Origin: Methanocaldococcus indicus
GTDB lineage: Archaea > AGJL01 > Methanococci > Methanococcales > Methanocaldococcaceae
Direction: 5' to 3'
DNA length: 64,000 bases
Assembly (NCBI RefSeq): GCF_049554935.1
Contig: NZ_CP186926.1
Location: 288,001 to 352,000 of the forward strand
The translations under genes and the position numbers were made by a program. The notes under the pieces were generated by a model. The model was not told the DNA's origin. It worked only from the letters and a program-made list of their open reading frames with translations, and made no database searches. Below are positions 20,662 through 30,491 of the stretch, piece by piece; within the stretch, counting starts at the first letter, position 1; the number at the start of each line of letters is the position of its first letter.

Positions 20662-20706
20662 GAGGGTTAGTATATATATTATTCCAATTTTAATTTAAAT
20701 ATTTAA

Positions 20707-22008
20707 ATGTGTGATATAATGACTCAAATTGAATCTGCAAAAAAAGGAATTATAACTGATGAGATGAAAACAGTTGCTAAATATGAAGATATAGATGTTG
20801 AGAAACTTAGGAGATATGTTGCTAAGGGATATGTTGTTATCCCAAAAAATGTAAATAGAGATATTAAAGCAGTTGGAATTGGAAAAGAACTAACTACAAA
20901 AGTAAATGCTAATATAGGAACTTCTCCAGATTTAGTAGATATTAACTTAGAGGTAGAAAAAGCTAAGATAGCTAAAAAATATGGAGCAGACACTATAATG
21001 GATTTAAGTGTTGGTGGAGATTTAGACAAGATTAGAAAAGAAATTTTAAAAGCTGTTGATATTCCATTAGGGACAGTTCCAATATATGAAGTAGCTAAGA
21101 TTGCTAAGGAAAAGTATGGAAAAGTTGTAGAGATGGATGAGGATTTAATATTTAATGTTATAGAGAAGCAAGCTAAGCAAGGAGTAGATTTCATGACACT
21201 ACATTGTGGAATAAATAAAAATTCAGTTGAAAGATTAAAAAGAAGTGGAAGAGTTTTAGGAGTTGTTAGTAGAGGAGGTTCTTTTTTAGTAGCTTATATT
21301 TTACACACAGGTGAAGAAAATCCTCTATATAAAAATTATGACTATTTAATGGAGTTGTTGAGAGAGTATGATGTAACTATCAGTTTAGGAGATGGACTAA
21401 GACCAGGATGTTTGTTAGATAATACAGACAGAGCTCAGATAGAAGAACTTATAATTTTAGGGGAATTAGTTGAAAGAGCAAGGGAGATGAATGTTCAAGC
21501 TATGGTAGAAGGTCCAGGACATGTTCCTCTAAACTATATTGGAACAAATATAAAACTACAAAAGAGATTATGTAAAGAAGCTCCATTCTATGTCTTAGGA
21601 CCAATAGTTACTGATATAGCTCCAGGATATGACCATATCACCTCAGCTATTGGTGGGGCATTAGCAGGATACTATGGAGCAGATTTCTTATGTTATGTAA
21701 CTCCTGCTGAACATTTAAGATTACCAAATATTGAAGATGTTAAAGAGGGAGTTATAGCTGCAAAAATAGCAGCTCAAGCAGCAGATGTTGCAAAAGGAAA
21801 TAAATTAGCTTTAAAAAAAGAAAAAGAAATGGCTTATGCAAGAAAAAATCATGATTGGGAAAAAATATATAATTTAGCAATAGATAAAGAGAAAGCTAAA
21901 AAAATGAGGGAAGAAATTCCACCAAAAGAAGAAAAAGCTTGTTCCATTTGTGGAGAGTTTTGTGCTCTATTAATGGTTAAAGAATTCTTAGAAAAAAATA
22001 AAAAATAA
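20707..22008 (+). CDS. thiC: Phosphomethylpyrimidine synthase ThiC
   Basis: KVNANIGTS, SRGGS, SLGDGLRPG, EGPGHVP and C-terminal CSICGEFC. Confidence 0.97.
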   Translation: MCDIMTQIESAKKGIITDEMKTVAKYEDIDVEKLRRYVAKGYVVIPKNVNRDIKAVGIGKELTTKVNANIGTSPDLVDINLEVEKAKIAKKYGADTIMDLSVGGDLDKIRKEILKAVDIPLGTVPIYEVAKIAKEKYGKVVEMDEDLIFNVIEKQAKQGVDFMTLHCGINKNSVERLKRSGRVLGVVSRGGSFLVAYILHTGEENPLYKNYDYLMELLREYDVTISLGDGLRPGCLLDNTDRAQIEELIILGELVERAREMNVQAMVEGPGHVPLNYIGTNIKLQKRLCKEAPFYVLGPIVTDIAPGYDHITSAIGGALAGYYGADFLCYVTPAEHLRLPNIEDVKEGVIAAKIAAQAADVAKGNKLALKKEKEMAYARKNHDWEKIYNLAIDKEKAKKMREEIPPKEEKACSICGEFCALLMVKEFLEKNKK

Positions 22009-22095
22009 TTTTTAACATTGAATATTTTAAAATTAAAAAATTTTGAAAAAATATATAAACTTAAACAATTAATTTTTAAATGCTCAAAAAAATGA

Positions 22096-22170
22096 TAGGG
22101 CGGCGGGGATTTGAACCCCGGACCACCCGGTTATCAGCCGGGCACTCTGACCAGGCTGAGCCACCGCCCT
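22096..22170 (-). tRNA. tRNA-Ile(GAT)
   Basis: AGGGCGGTGGCTCAGCCTGG...CCCGG CT GAT AA CCGGG...GGTTCAAATCC...CCGCCCTA. Confidence 0.95.
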
Positions 22171-22251
22171 ACAACAAAGGCAAAAATAAAATAAACAAAA
22201 GTCATATATAAAGCTTTTGGTTGTAATAAATTATAATATATGGTGGAATAA

Positions 22252-23040
22252 ATGTTAAAAAAACTTCTGATATTGATATGTAGTATATTACTACTTTCTG
22301 GATGTATAAACAACAATCAAAACTCAACACAAATAAAGACACAGATAAATATTGAAAATATTGATGTTAAGGATATTTTATCTATGGGATATTATGCAAA
22401 TAGCTTAGGTTATGTCAATGTAAAAAAACTTTCTAATACTCCTTTATCTCAAACATTAGTTTATGTTTTAGCTCCTGTTTATAAATTAGGTGTTAAGCAG
22501 GAGGATATTAATTATGTTATTTCTATGAAAGTAAATAATACACCTATATTACTATACTCTATAAACAAGGAGATTATTATAACTACTTCCCAAGTAGGAA
22601 AATATAATGGAGTTGATATCTACAAATCTGGTGATGTGTATTTATCTGTATATGACAACTATCTAATTATATCAACAAATCAAAAAGGAGTAGAGCTTGG
22701 AATATTATCTTTAAATAATAACAAGATAAAAAAAGAGTTTGAAGATATTTTAAAATATACTGATAAGAGCTATGATGCATTAAATACATTTGTAAATAAA
22801 ACATTAAATGTAACTTACAACAACAAAACATACAATTTAAAGATGATGTGCTATTTTGAAGGTGTAAATTTAAATAACAATATACTCTATGACAAGTTAA
22901 TTATAGCTTTCAACAACAAAACAGCAGCAGATATAGCCTACAATATAACTTTAAATCAAGCCAAAAACAATACAAAAAATATGAATATATCAAAAATAGG
23001 AAATGTATTAATAATAACTTCTAAATCTCAGCTAAAATAA
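22252..23040 (+). CDS. Hypothetical lipoprotein
   Basis: Signal peptide with lipobox LLLSGC followed by an Asn-rich linker. Confidence 0.7.
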   Translation: MLKKLLILICSILLLSGCINNNQNSTQIKTQINIENIDVKDILSMGYYANSLGYVNVKKLSNTPLSQTLVYVLAPVYKLGVKQEDINYVISMKVNNTPILLYSINKEIIITTSQVGKYNGVDIYKSGDVYLSVYDNYLIISTNQKGVELGILSLNNNKIKKEFEDILKYTDKSYDALNTFVNKTLNVTYNNKTYNLKMMCYFEGVNLNNNILYDKLIIAFNNKTAADIAYNITLNQAKNNTKNMNISKIGNVLIITSKSQLK

Positions 23041-23587
23041 CATATAACTCTTCAAATGGAATTTTTTCTTTTTCTAAAATTTTTGTTTTAAATCCTAATC
23101 TCTCAAATCTTTCTAATGTTTTATTTAAGTTTGTTAATGAACTTTGAACAATAACAACTCTACCATTTTCTTTTAAGTAGTTTTTAACTTCATCTATAAA
23201 TCTATCTAAAATTTCTCTTCCATCTTTTCCTCCATCAAATGCATAATTTAGATAACTATCTATTTTATCCTCTTCAACTGTTGGAAGATATGGAGGATTA
23301 AAAACTATAATATCAAATTTTTTATTTATATTTTCAAATAAGTCACTTTTAATAACTTCTATATTTACATTCTCAATATTGGCATTTTTCTTAGCCAACT
23401 CAACAGCCTTAGGATTTATATCTGCTGCTAAGACATTAGCTCCTCTCTTAGCAAGTTCAATAGCTACTATTCCTGTCCCTGTTCCCATCTCCAAAACATC
23501 TTTATCTTTCACATCAAGCTTTTTTAAAGCTCTTATTAGAAGATAAGTATCTTCTGCTGGTTCATAAACATCTCTATCCAATAGCAT
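23021..23587 (-). CDS. HemK2/PrmC-like N5-glutamine methyltransferase
   Basis: VYEPAEDTYLL, LEMGTGTG, FNPPYLP and DGGKDGR motifs. Confidence 0.9.
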   Translation of the reverse strand: MLLDRDVYEPAEDTYLLIRALKKLDVKDKDVLEMGTGTGIVAIELAKRGANVLAADINPKAVELAKKNANIENVNIEVIKSDLFENINKKFDIIVFNPPYLPTVEEDKIDSYLNYAFDGGKDGREILDRFIDEVKNYLKENGRVVIVQSSLTNLNKTLERFERLGFKTKILEKEKIPFEELYVILAEI

Positions 23588-24440
23588 CTTTTAACTCCTT
23601 TCCTAATTCTTTACCAAACTTAATAGCTCTATCCAAATCATTAATACTACATTTAATTTTTTTAGATAATTCAAAATATTTCTCTTGTGTAGAAACTCCA
23701 ACTTTTAGAGTTAATATATTATTTTCAAAAACAGCAAGAGCACCAAATGGGACAGAACATCCAGAACCAAATTCATTTAAAGCTGCTCTTTCAGTTTTAA
23801 CTTCTAAAAAAGTCTTTTTATGGTTAATTCTTTTAAGAATTTCTTTTATATCATTATCGTCTTTTTTGTATGCAATAGCTATAACACCCTGAGCAGGAGC
23901 TGGTAAAATATCAGGATAGAATATTTTTAAATCACCTAAATCTATATTTAACCTTTTTATACTTGATTCAGACAAGACAATTGCATCATACTCTCCATTT
24001 TTTAATTTTCTTACTCTTGTATCTATATTTCCTCTTAGAAGTTTAAATTTTGCATTTGGAAATAAATTTTTTAAAAATGCTCTTCTTCTTATACTTGATG
24101 TTCCAATTGTTATATCTTCTTTTAGCTCATTTTTATATAGTAATATATCTTTATATCCATCTCTTTCTAATACAAAATAATCAAAATTAGGATTCCAGAT
24201 AGTTGGAATATCTTTTAAGCTATGGACAGCAATATCTATCTCACCATTTTCTAATGAAATATCCAATTCTTTTGTAAAGGCACCAATTCCAATATCAGAG
24301 ATTTTCTTATCTAAAATTTTGTCTCCTCTTGTTTTTATTATCTTTATTTCCACTTCATATCCAAGTTTTTCTAATTCTTTTTTAACTTTTTCAGCCTGAT
24401 ATAAAGCTAATTTACTTCCTCTTGTCCCTAATCTTATCAT
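23574..24440 (-). CDS. hemC: Hydroxymethylbilane synthase
   Basis: RLGTRGSKLALYQ, AVHSLKDIP, GTSSIRR, LRGNIDTR and GCSVP motifs. Confidence 0.96.
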   Translation of the reverse strand: MIRLGTRGSKLALYQAEKVKKELEKLGYEVEIKIIKTRGDKILDKKISDIGIGAFTKELDISLENGEIDIAVHSLKDIPTIWNPNFDYFVLERDGYKDILLYKNELKEDITIGTSSIRRRAFLKNLFPNAKFKLLRGNIDTRVRKLKNGEYDAIVLSESSIKRLNIDLGDLKIFYPDILPAPAQGVIAIAYKKDDNDIKEILKRINHKKTFLEVKTERAALNEFGSGCSVPFGALAVFENNILTLKVGVSTQEKYFELSKKIKCSINDLDRAIKFGKELGKELKDAIG

Positions 24441-25082
24441 TTTTTCCCAATAATAACTGATTTTTTATTAAATGGATTTGCTCTTACACATAAAGAATAA
24501 AGGTAAGGATAGTTTTCTTTTAGATGTATTAAATAGTTTATCCATTGGATAACCAACATTTTATATACTCTCAAAATATCATTTTTTAAATGCTCTAAAT
24601 CTTCCTTTGGTAGATTATCAAGATTCTCTCTTTTTTGAAGTTCATCAGCTAAATGAAAAACAGCTAATAAAAGCTCTGTAAAGTCCTCATGCTCCAATAG
24701 TATTGGATTCTCTAACAATCTTAAAAGGAACTCTCTATTTCTCTCCAAAATATTCTTTAATTCATATAAATCAATTTTATTTATATCTATATCAAAATTA
24801 TAGTTCTTTAAAATGTCTTTAACTTTGTTATATTTCTTTAAATCCCAAGAATCATCTATATTGAGTAAATCTTTTATATTGTTTTTATCAGCTTTAACAA
24901 TAATTTTTAATAGTTCATCACCAACAGCATTAAAAAAAGCTCCAATAACCATATTTAGCTTTTCTAAAAGAATATATTTCTCTCTATGTTCTAAAACTTT
25001 CTCTACAATGATAGTTATAAGTAATACTTCAATAGGAACATAACAAAAATAAAGATATTATTATGATTTCCTTCTTATTCAT
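24437..25082 (-). pseudogene. Conserved hypothetical membrane-anchored protein with a frameshifted, apparently internally deleted 5' end
   Basis: ATG at 25082 gives MNKKEIIIISLFLLCSY*. A shifted frame gives VPIEVLLITIIVEKVLEHREK...LEKLNMVIGAFF, continuous with ORF 24437-24952, but is closed upstream by TAA with no ATG. Confidence 0.7.
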
Positions 25083-25085
25083 AAT

Positions 25086-25565
25086 TTATCCTTTAAAATT
25101 CCAAATTTCATCTCCAACATAATGAATATTTTTTATAGCTTTTCCTTTATCTTTTTCTTTAATTTCTTTTGCAGAGAGTAAAGCTATACCAACACAAATA
25201 GGTTTTTTATGCTTCTCATCTAAAACAACTACTACATCCCCTTCTTCAATATCTTCATCAATCTCTACAATTCCAGGAATCATCACGTCAGCACCATTTA
25301 TTAAATATTTTATTGCTCCCATATCAATAATTACTTTTTTAAAGTCAGCTGGATACTTAGTTAGAAGATTTATTGTAGGGAAGATTTTATCATCAATCTT
25401 TATAGCTATTGGTTCTTTATCAGAAAGAATTAAATCAAATTTATCAGTTATAACCAACTCCAAACCTTTCTTTGGTAAAATATCATCTTTAAAAATTTTA
25501 GCCAACTCTTTTTTAATATTTTTTATCTCTTTCTTACTTAGATAAAACCTTTTTTTTATTTCCAT
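25086..25565 (-). CDS. PUA-domain RNA-binding protein (MCT-1/Tma20-like)
   Basis: VIIDMGAIKYLINGADVMIPGI and KGKAIKNIHYVGDEIW motifs. Confidence 0.92.
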   Translation of the reverse strand: MEIKKRFYLSKKEIKNIKKELAKIFKDDILPKKGLELVITDKFDLILSDKEPIAIKIDDKIFPTINLLTKYPADFKKVIIDMGAIKYLINGADVMIPGIVEIDEDIEEGDVVVVLDEKHKKPICVGIALLSAKEIKEKDKGKAIKNIHYVGDEIWNFKG

Positions 25566-27041
25566 CTATCTACCCTCTTTTTGTATATTTTCTAAGATAT
25601 TAATAGCTTTTATACTATTTTTATCTAAATTTCTTATTAAAAGTAATTCTTTTTTCCACTCATTTGGATTTTTACCTCTCCATACAGAAAGTATTTCACC
25701 AACATATTTTAAGTTTATTTTACCAAAAACAACAGCAGTTGTATATATAAAATCTCTAACATTTTCCCAAGTTAAAAAATCTTTTGGTTTATCAAAAGAT
25801 ACATATATAGGAATTATATTTGTTAAAGCATCTAAGTTTGAGAAAAATTCTTTATCAGATGTAATAACTAAAAGCTTACCATTTTTATCTTTTAAAAACT
25901 CTAAAAATGACTCTTTAATTTCATTATCTCCTTTTCCTTTGTAGGGAATTATAATACAATTTTTATTTTTTAAATATTCAACCTGAGACAATCCTAATTT
26001 AAATACTCTATCTTTTGGAGATGGTTGATTTTCAAAATCTTTATCTTTTGGATTTTTTATTTTATAAAATTCAGTGGAGAGTTCATTACTAACACTTTCT
26101 GATAGCACAAAATTTGGAAGTATTTTTTCTTTATTATTCTCTAAAAAATCAATTAATTTCCTTGGAATTTGATTTATTAGAGCATTAGTATCAAAGGTTA
26201 TATAGTAAGTTTCTTTCTCCTTAAATTTATTTAATAAAGAATTAAAAAATTCTTCTTCATTCAACCAAGTTTCAAAATCATAAGTATATTTAACTTCATT
26301 TATAGAATTTAAAATATTGTTTATAAAATTACCATAGAGCTCATCATCTAATTTAATATTTTTATTTACTTCAACTTTTGCTTTATTGTCATTTAATAAA
26401 GTTATTTTTGCAAATTCTTGGCCATTTACTTTTATTTTTGTAGTATGTTTATCAAACAAATACATATTGTTTAAAATTGCCATTAAATTTTCTCTATTAA
26501 CTTTTTTGTTATCTTTACCATCAATTTTTAAAGGATTTTTATCTATTTTCTCATTTTTTAGCCAACTATTAAATTCATAAAGCTCTTGAATAGAAAATGG
26601 AATTAAGAATAATGGATAATTCATATATTTTAAATCTTTTAGATGTAAATAATAAACTTTATCACATTTATATTTTCCTTCTACTCCCTCTAACCCAGCA
26701 AATAATGAAAATGCACTCATAAACTTTCTTCCAGGAGTTATATCTATGGCAATTTCATTGTTTTTTAATTTTTCATTTTTTATTATTTTTTTTAAAGCAT
26801 TGGAGAATTCCTTAATATTTTCCTCACTAACTTTATAATCTTTGTTTATTTCAACTTTAAAATTGTATTCATTAGATAATATATTTACCCACTTTTCTAA
26901 TTTCTCTAAATTGTGTTTAACTTTATCATTCCATAAAAAATAAATTTTATCTGGAAGATAGCTATCTCTAACAATTGCAAACCATAAGGTATTAAAAACT
27001 GCATAAGGTGAAGTCCCCACAGTAGTTATCCAAATTTTCAT
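25566..27041 (-). CDS. CRISPR-associated CARF domain fused to a C-terminal PIN-like nuclease
   Basis: CARF motifs ITTVGTSP and IDITPGRKFMS. PIN acidic motifs FDTNAL, SVSNEL, GDNEI and VITSDKEF. Last gene of the csm cluster. Confidence 0.75.
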   Translation of the reverse strand: MKIWITTVGTSPYAVFNTLWFAIVRDSYLPDKIYFLWNDKVKHNLEKLEKWVNILSNEYNFKVEINKDYKVSEENIKEFSNALKKIIKNEKLKNNEIAIDITPGRKFMSAFSLFAGLEGVEGKYKCDKVYYLHLKDLKYMNYPLFLIPFSIQELYEFNSWLKNEKIDKNPLKIDGKDNKKVNRENLMAILNNMYLFDKHTTKIKVNGQEFAKITLLNDNKAKVEVNKNIKLDDELYGNFINNILNSINEVKYTYDFETWLNEEEFFNSLLNKFKEKETYYITFDTNALINQIPRKLIDFLENNKEKILPNFVLSESVSNELSTEFYKIKNPKDKDFENQPSPKDRVFKLGLSQVEYLKNKNCIIIPYKGKGDNEIKESFLEFLKDKNGKLLVITSDKEFFSNLDALTNIIPIYVSFDKPKDFLTWENVRDFIYTTAVVFGKINLKYVGEILSVWRGKNPNEWKKELLLIRNLDKNSIKAINILENIQKEGR

Positions 27042-27050
27042 ATTTTTCCC

Positions 27051-28268
27051 TTAAATTTTTTCTAATAACTTTTTACAAATATTAATAATCTCTTTTGCAT
27101 TCTCTTTATAATTATTTAGGTTCTCTAAGTTTTTTCTTCTACCAGCATGAGATAATGTATTTCTTGTATTTTGAATTAAATTCCAGGCTCTAACTAAATC
27201 TTCTTTTATACCTTTTTCTAAAATAATTTTTTCTATTTGAGTAACTTCTTCTTTAATATTATTATCTATTTTTTTATTTTCATCAATTAATTTATATATT
27301 GCATTTTCAGCTATCATTCTACTATTTTCATAATCTAACCAATTATCTGTTAAATTTGCTAAATATAATATATAATCAATTATCCACTCTCTAATAGATT
27401 GATAAAATTGAGGAATTAATTCAATTGAATACTGATACTCAGCCACCTTAAATAACTTTATTAAAATGTCTTTATTTAACTCAGATATGTTGTTTCTTCT
27501 TCTAATTTTATATCCAAAATCTGTAAAACTAAAAATATCCTCTTTTAAGTATTCAACAGGTGGTAAGTTAGAGCTAATTTCTTCAATTAATTTCTTTTTG
27601 TTATTAAGTTCATTAGCTTTTTCTAATGTCCATAAGTTGTGGTTGTAGTATATGGAGTTAGATAGATTAATAAGTGTATTTACAAAAGATTTGTTATTTA
27701 TTAGATTTTTAAATTCATCAGCTTTCCCATATTCTTTTAAACTTTTAGTTGCAAAAATCCAATTAGATAGTTCTATAGCTTTTGTTACTTCAATTATTGG
27801 AGAATATCCTAATTTTCTACTAACTTCATAAGCTCCATAATATACTCCACTTATCTTTATATTTTTAGTTTCTTTTAAAAACAACAAAATTAAAAACCCT
27901 AAAAAAGGAAGATATCTTAAACTATGAGTAATATCTAAGATAATCTCTTTTTCTTTTGGAACACTTTCATAGATATTTTTAAAAAGTGTCCATAAATCTT
28001 TTTCTTCTTCTACATTGGGAATATCTACAACATTAATTCTTACATTCAGATTATTTAACAAATTTTTTAATTCATTAAGATTTTTATGCTCTTTAACTTC
28101 AGGAGTAGCATAAACAATAACTTCATCAATCTTAAAATGTTTAACTAATACTTCTTGAATAAATGGAGTTCTATATTCTTTATCATCAATTTTATATGTA
28201 GTTTCTTGATAGTTTCCAGTTCCTAAAAATGTTAAGAGTATCATTCTATCCCCTCTATTTTTATCCAT
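27051..28268 (-). CDS. csx1: Csx1/TM1812-like CARF-HEPN ribonuclease
   Basis: LTFLGTGNY, LDITHSLRYLP (DxTH), VYYGAYE and C-terminal HEPN RNTLSH. Probable start MILLTF. Confidence 0.85.
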   Translation of the reverse strand: MDKNRGDRMILLTFLGTGNYQETTYKIDDKEYRTPFIQEVLVKHFKIDEVIVYATPEVKEHKNLNELKNLLNNLNVRINVVDIPNVEEEKDLWTLFKNIYESVPKEKEIILDITHSLRYLPFLGFLILLFLKETKNIKISGVYYGAYEVSRKLGYSPIIEVTKAIELSNWIFATKSLKEYGKADEFKNLINNKSFVNTLINLSNSIYYNHNLWTLEKANELNNKKKLIEEISSNLPPVEYLKEDIFSFTDFGYKIRRRNNISELNKDILIKLFKVAEYQYSIELIPQFYQSIREWIIDYILYLANLTDNWLDYENSRMIAENAIYKLIDENKKIDNNIKEEVTQIEKIILEKGIKEDLVRAWNLIQNTRNTLSHAGRRKNLENLNNYKENAKEIINICKKLLEKI

Positions 28269-29437
28269 CCCAATGGTTTTTTAGCTACTAATCCTCTACT
28301 TTGAATATATCTAACATAAAAGGTCTTAGTGGATGGAAATTCATAATAATTTCTTGCTTTTCTCCAAGCATTAAATGAATTTCTATTATTTTTATATAAA
28401 TTTAAATAAAATCCTTTTATTGTATTAAATAAAGATAGACTTTTATCATTTTTCCAAAATAACAAATATAATGTCTTACTAATAAATCCACCAGCAAATC
28501 CTAAATTCAAAAATATAGAATTTGAGTTATTTATTTCATCTAATAAATCTTTATAGAAGTTAATTATTTCCTTATTATATCTCTTATTTAATTCATACTC
28601 AACAATTGTTTTAGAGAAGTTATTACAGATATCTTTTAAGAGTTCATAACCATCTTTATAGTTAGTTTCTAACATCTCATTTACTTTTTTTATAAATTCA
28701 TCCTCAACTTTAATTTTAAATTTAAATTTTCCTTCATAGTATGCTTCCAAATTTATTGGAATTCCTTTTGTAGTCCTTGTTCCTTTCAATCTTTTAGTTT
28801 GGATAAATCTAAACTTTTTCTTAGTTAGTTCTAAACTATCAGAAACTTTTAAATATTTAAAAAAATCATTTTGTATATTTTTTTGAATTCTTCCTTTTTT
28901 TATATTTATTTTTCCTTCAATAGCTTTAACTTCTGCTGCTATTCCTTTTTCATGAATTGGAATTTCTCTACTGTTAATTATTTTCAACAATTCAGAAAAA
29001 TGATTATCATAGTATTTAAATAAATAAGCTGTTCTTATAGCCCCTTTTATGGAACTTCCTGGAATATAATAAGAGTTATTTGTGGTTATGAACTTTTTTA
29101 CTCTTGTCCTACTGTTTGATTTAATTTCTGAATATATTTCTTTAACAACATAATCTTCTGGGTTTAAATTAAATTCTTCTAAAAGTTCTTTGGCATTAAT
29201 TTCTACCCTATTCCCAAAAGTATTTTGTAGTATAAGCTCACTAATTTCATTTATAGCATTTATATCTCCTAAATCTTGAAGAGCTTTTTCTAAATCTACT
29301 ATTTTAGCTTTGTTATTTTCTATATAGTAATCTAACTGAGTGTATTCATCCCCACAGCCTATAAAAATTGGTGATAGCAATTCAGCTTTTAAAATCATCG
29401 TTCCACCTTTTAGTTGGAAGTAAAATAGGTTTTCCAT
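28241..29437 (-). CDS. csm5: Type III-A RAMP protein Csm5
   Basis: LLSPIFIGCG, YIPGSSIKGAIRTA, LKVSDS, LNLGFAGG and PLGW motifs. Confidence 0.9.
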   Translation of the reverse strand: MENLFYFQLKGGTMILKAELLSPIFIGCGDEYTQLDYYIENNKAKIVDLEKALQDLGDINAINEISELILQNTFGNRVEINAKELLEEFNLNPEDYVVKEIYSEIKSNSRTRVKKFITTNNSYYIPGSSIKGAIRTAYLFKYYDNHFSELLKIINSREIPIHEKGIAAEVKAIEGKINIKKGRIQKNIQNDFFKYLKVSDSLELTKKKFRFIQTKRLKGTRTTKGIPINLEAYYEGKFKFKIKVEDEFIKKVNEMLETNYKDGYELLKDICNNFSKTIVEYELNKRYNKEIINFYKDLLDEINNSNSIFLNLGFAGGFISKTLYLLFWKNDKSLSLFNTIKGFYLNLYKNNRNSFNAWRKARNYYEFPSTKTFYVRYIQSRGLVAKKPLGWIKIEGIE

Positions 29438-30452
29438 GAGTATATACAGAATGAGATTTTTCTTTAATATTTGGAGTAGTATCTACAACATTTCCAACAA
29501 AATTATTTTTAACAATACTACCTTCTGAGAGTGCTAAAATTGTCTTTTTCCTTTTTGTTAAATATTTAAAATATGTTGATGAGTAAATATATCCTCCTAA
29601 CTCTAAAAGTTTGTAATATTCAATATTTTTAATATCTTCCTCCTTAGGAATACCTACACCTAAAAGCATTTTATATTCACAATCTTCATTTTTATCAAAA
29701 ATTTCTTTTAAATTATTAGGAATATCTTCTATCTCAACAGTTTCAAAAAATCCAGCTCCAGAAGTTCTTTCTCCACCTAAACCTTCATCTTCAATTAGTT
29801 TAATACTTGCATCAATTTTTTTTGTTGTATCTTTATCTAACCCATTATAATCAATTAAAAAATAAAATTCTACATTGTTATTTGGTTTGAAAAACTCTAC
29901 ACTATAAAGCTGTCCTTTTTCTAACTCCAAAGTAATATTTTTTATTCTATCCATAGCTATTTTATGCTCTATTTCTTTTCCAAAGAGTGACTCTTTATTA
30001 ATCATATTTCTTATTTTGTCTATTTCTTTATCTGTTAGTATTATATTCCCATATTTATTTTCAAGAATTTCTTTTAAATTATTATGCCAGTAGTTCTCAT
30101 CTTTTTCATTATTTAAAAGCTCTTTATAAAATCCAATTGAGAAATAACTAATCTTTTTTACATCTTTTGGCTTTATTCCTTCCATTATATGCTTATTATC
30201 TAAGATATAAAAATATGGATGCTCTGGTTTTGGAATTAAAAAAATATCTTCTATCTTTGGATATAATGATGATAATCTTATATTTTTTATTTTTTCTATG
30301 TCCAAATCATTAGAGACATAAAGTTTAACATAGTTATTTATTATGGTTGAAAAAATTGTATTTGAGTGTAAAAAGTAAGAAGTGCTTTCCAAAGAACCTG
30401 TTCCAAAATGGAATTTGGAGTTTATTTTTGGCTTTAAAACAACAACTTTCAT
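29382..30452 (-). CDS. csm4: Type III-A RAMP protein Csm4
   Basis: FHFG, HSNTIFS, LSSLYP and G-loop DEGLGGERTSGAGFF. Confidence 0.92.
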   Translation of the reverse strand: MKVVVLKPKINSKFHFGTGSLESTSYFLHSNTIFSTIINNYVKLYVSNDLDIEKIKNIRLSSLYPKIEDIFLIPKPEHPYFYILDNKHIMEGIKPKDVKKISYFSIGFYKELLNNEKDENYWHNNLKEILENKYGNIILTDKEIDKIRNMINKESLFGKEIEHKIAMDRIKNITLELEKGQLYSVEFFKPNNNVEFYFLIDYNGLDKDTTKKIDASIKLIEDEGLGGERTSGAGFFETVEIEDIPNNLKEIFDKNEDCEYKMLLGVGIPKEEDIKNIEYYKLLELGGYIYSSTYFKYLTKRKKTILALSEGSIVKNNFVGNVVDTTPNIKEKSHSVYTHGKPILLPTKRWNDDFKS

Positions 30453-30491
30453 TATTTCTCACCAAAAGGTTAGATAATAAATTAAAATTAT

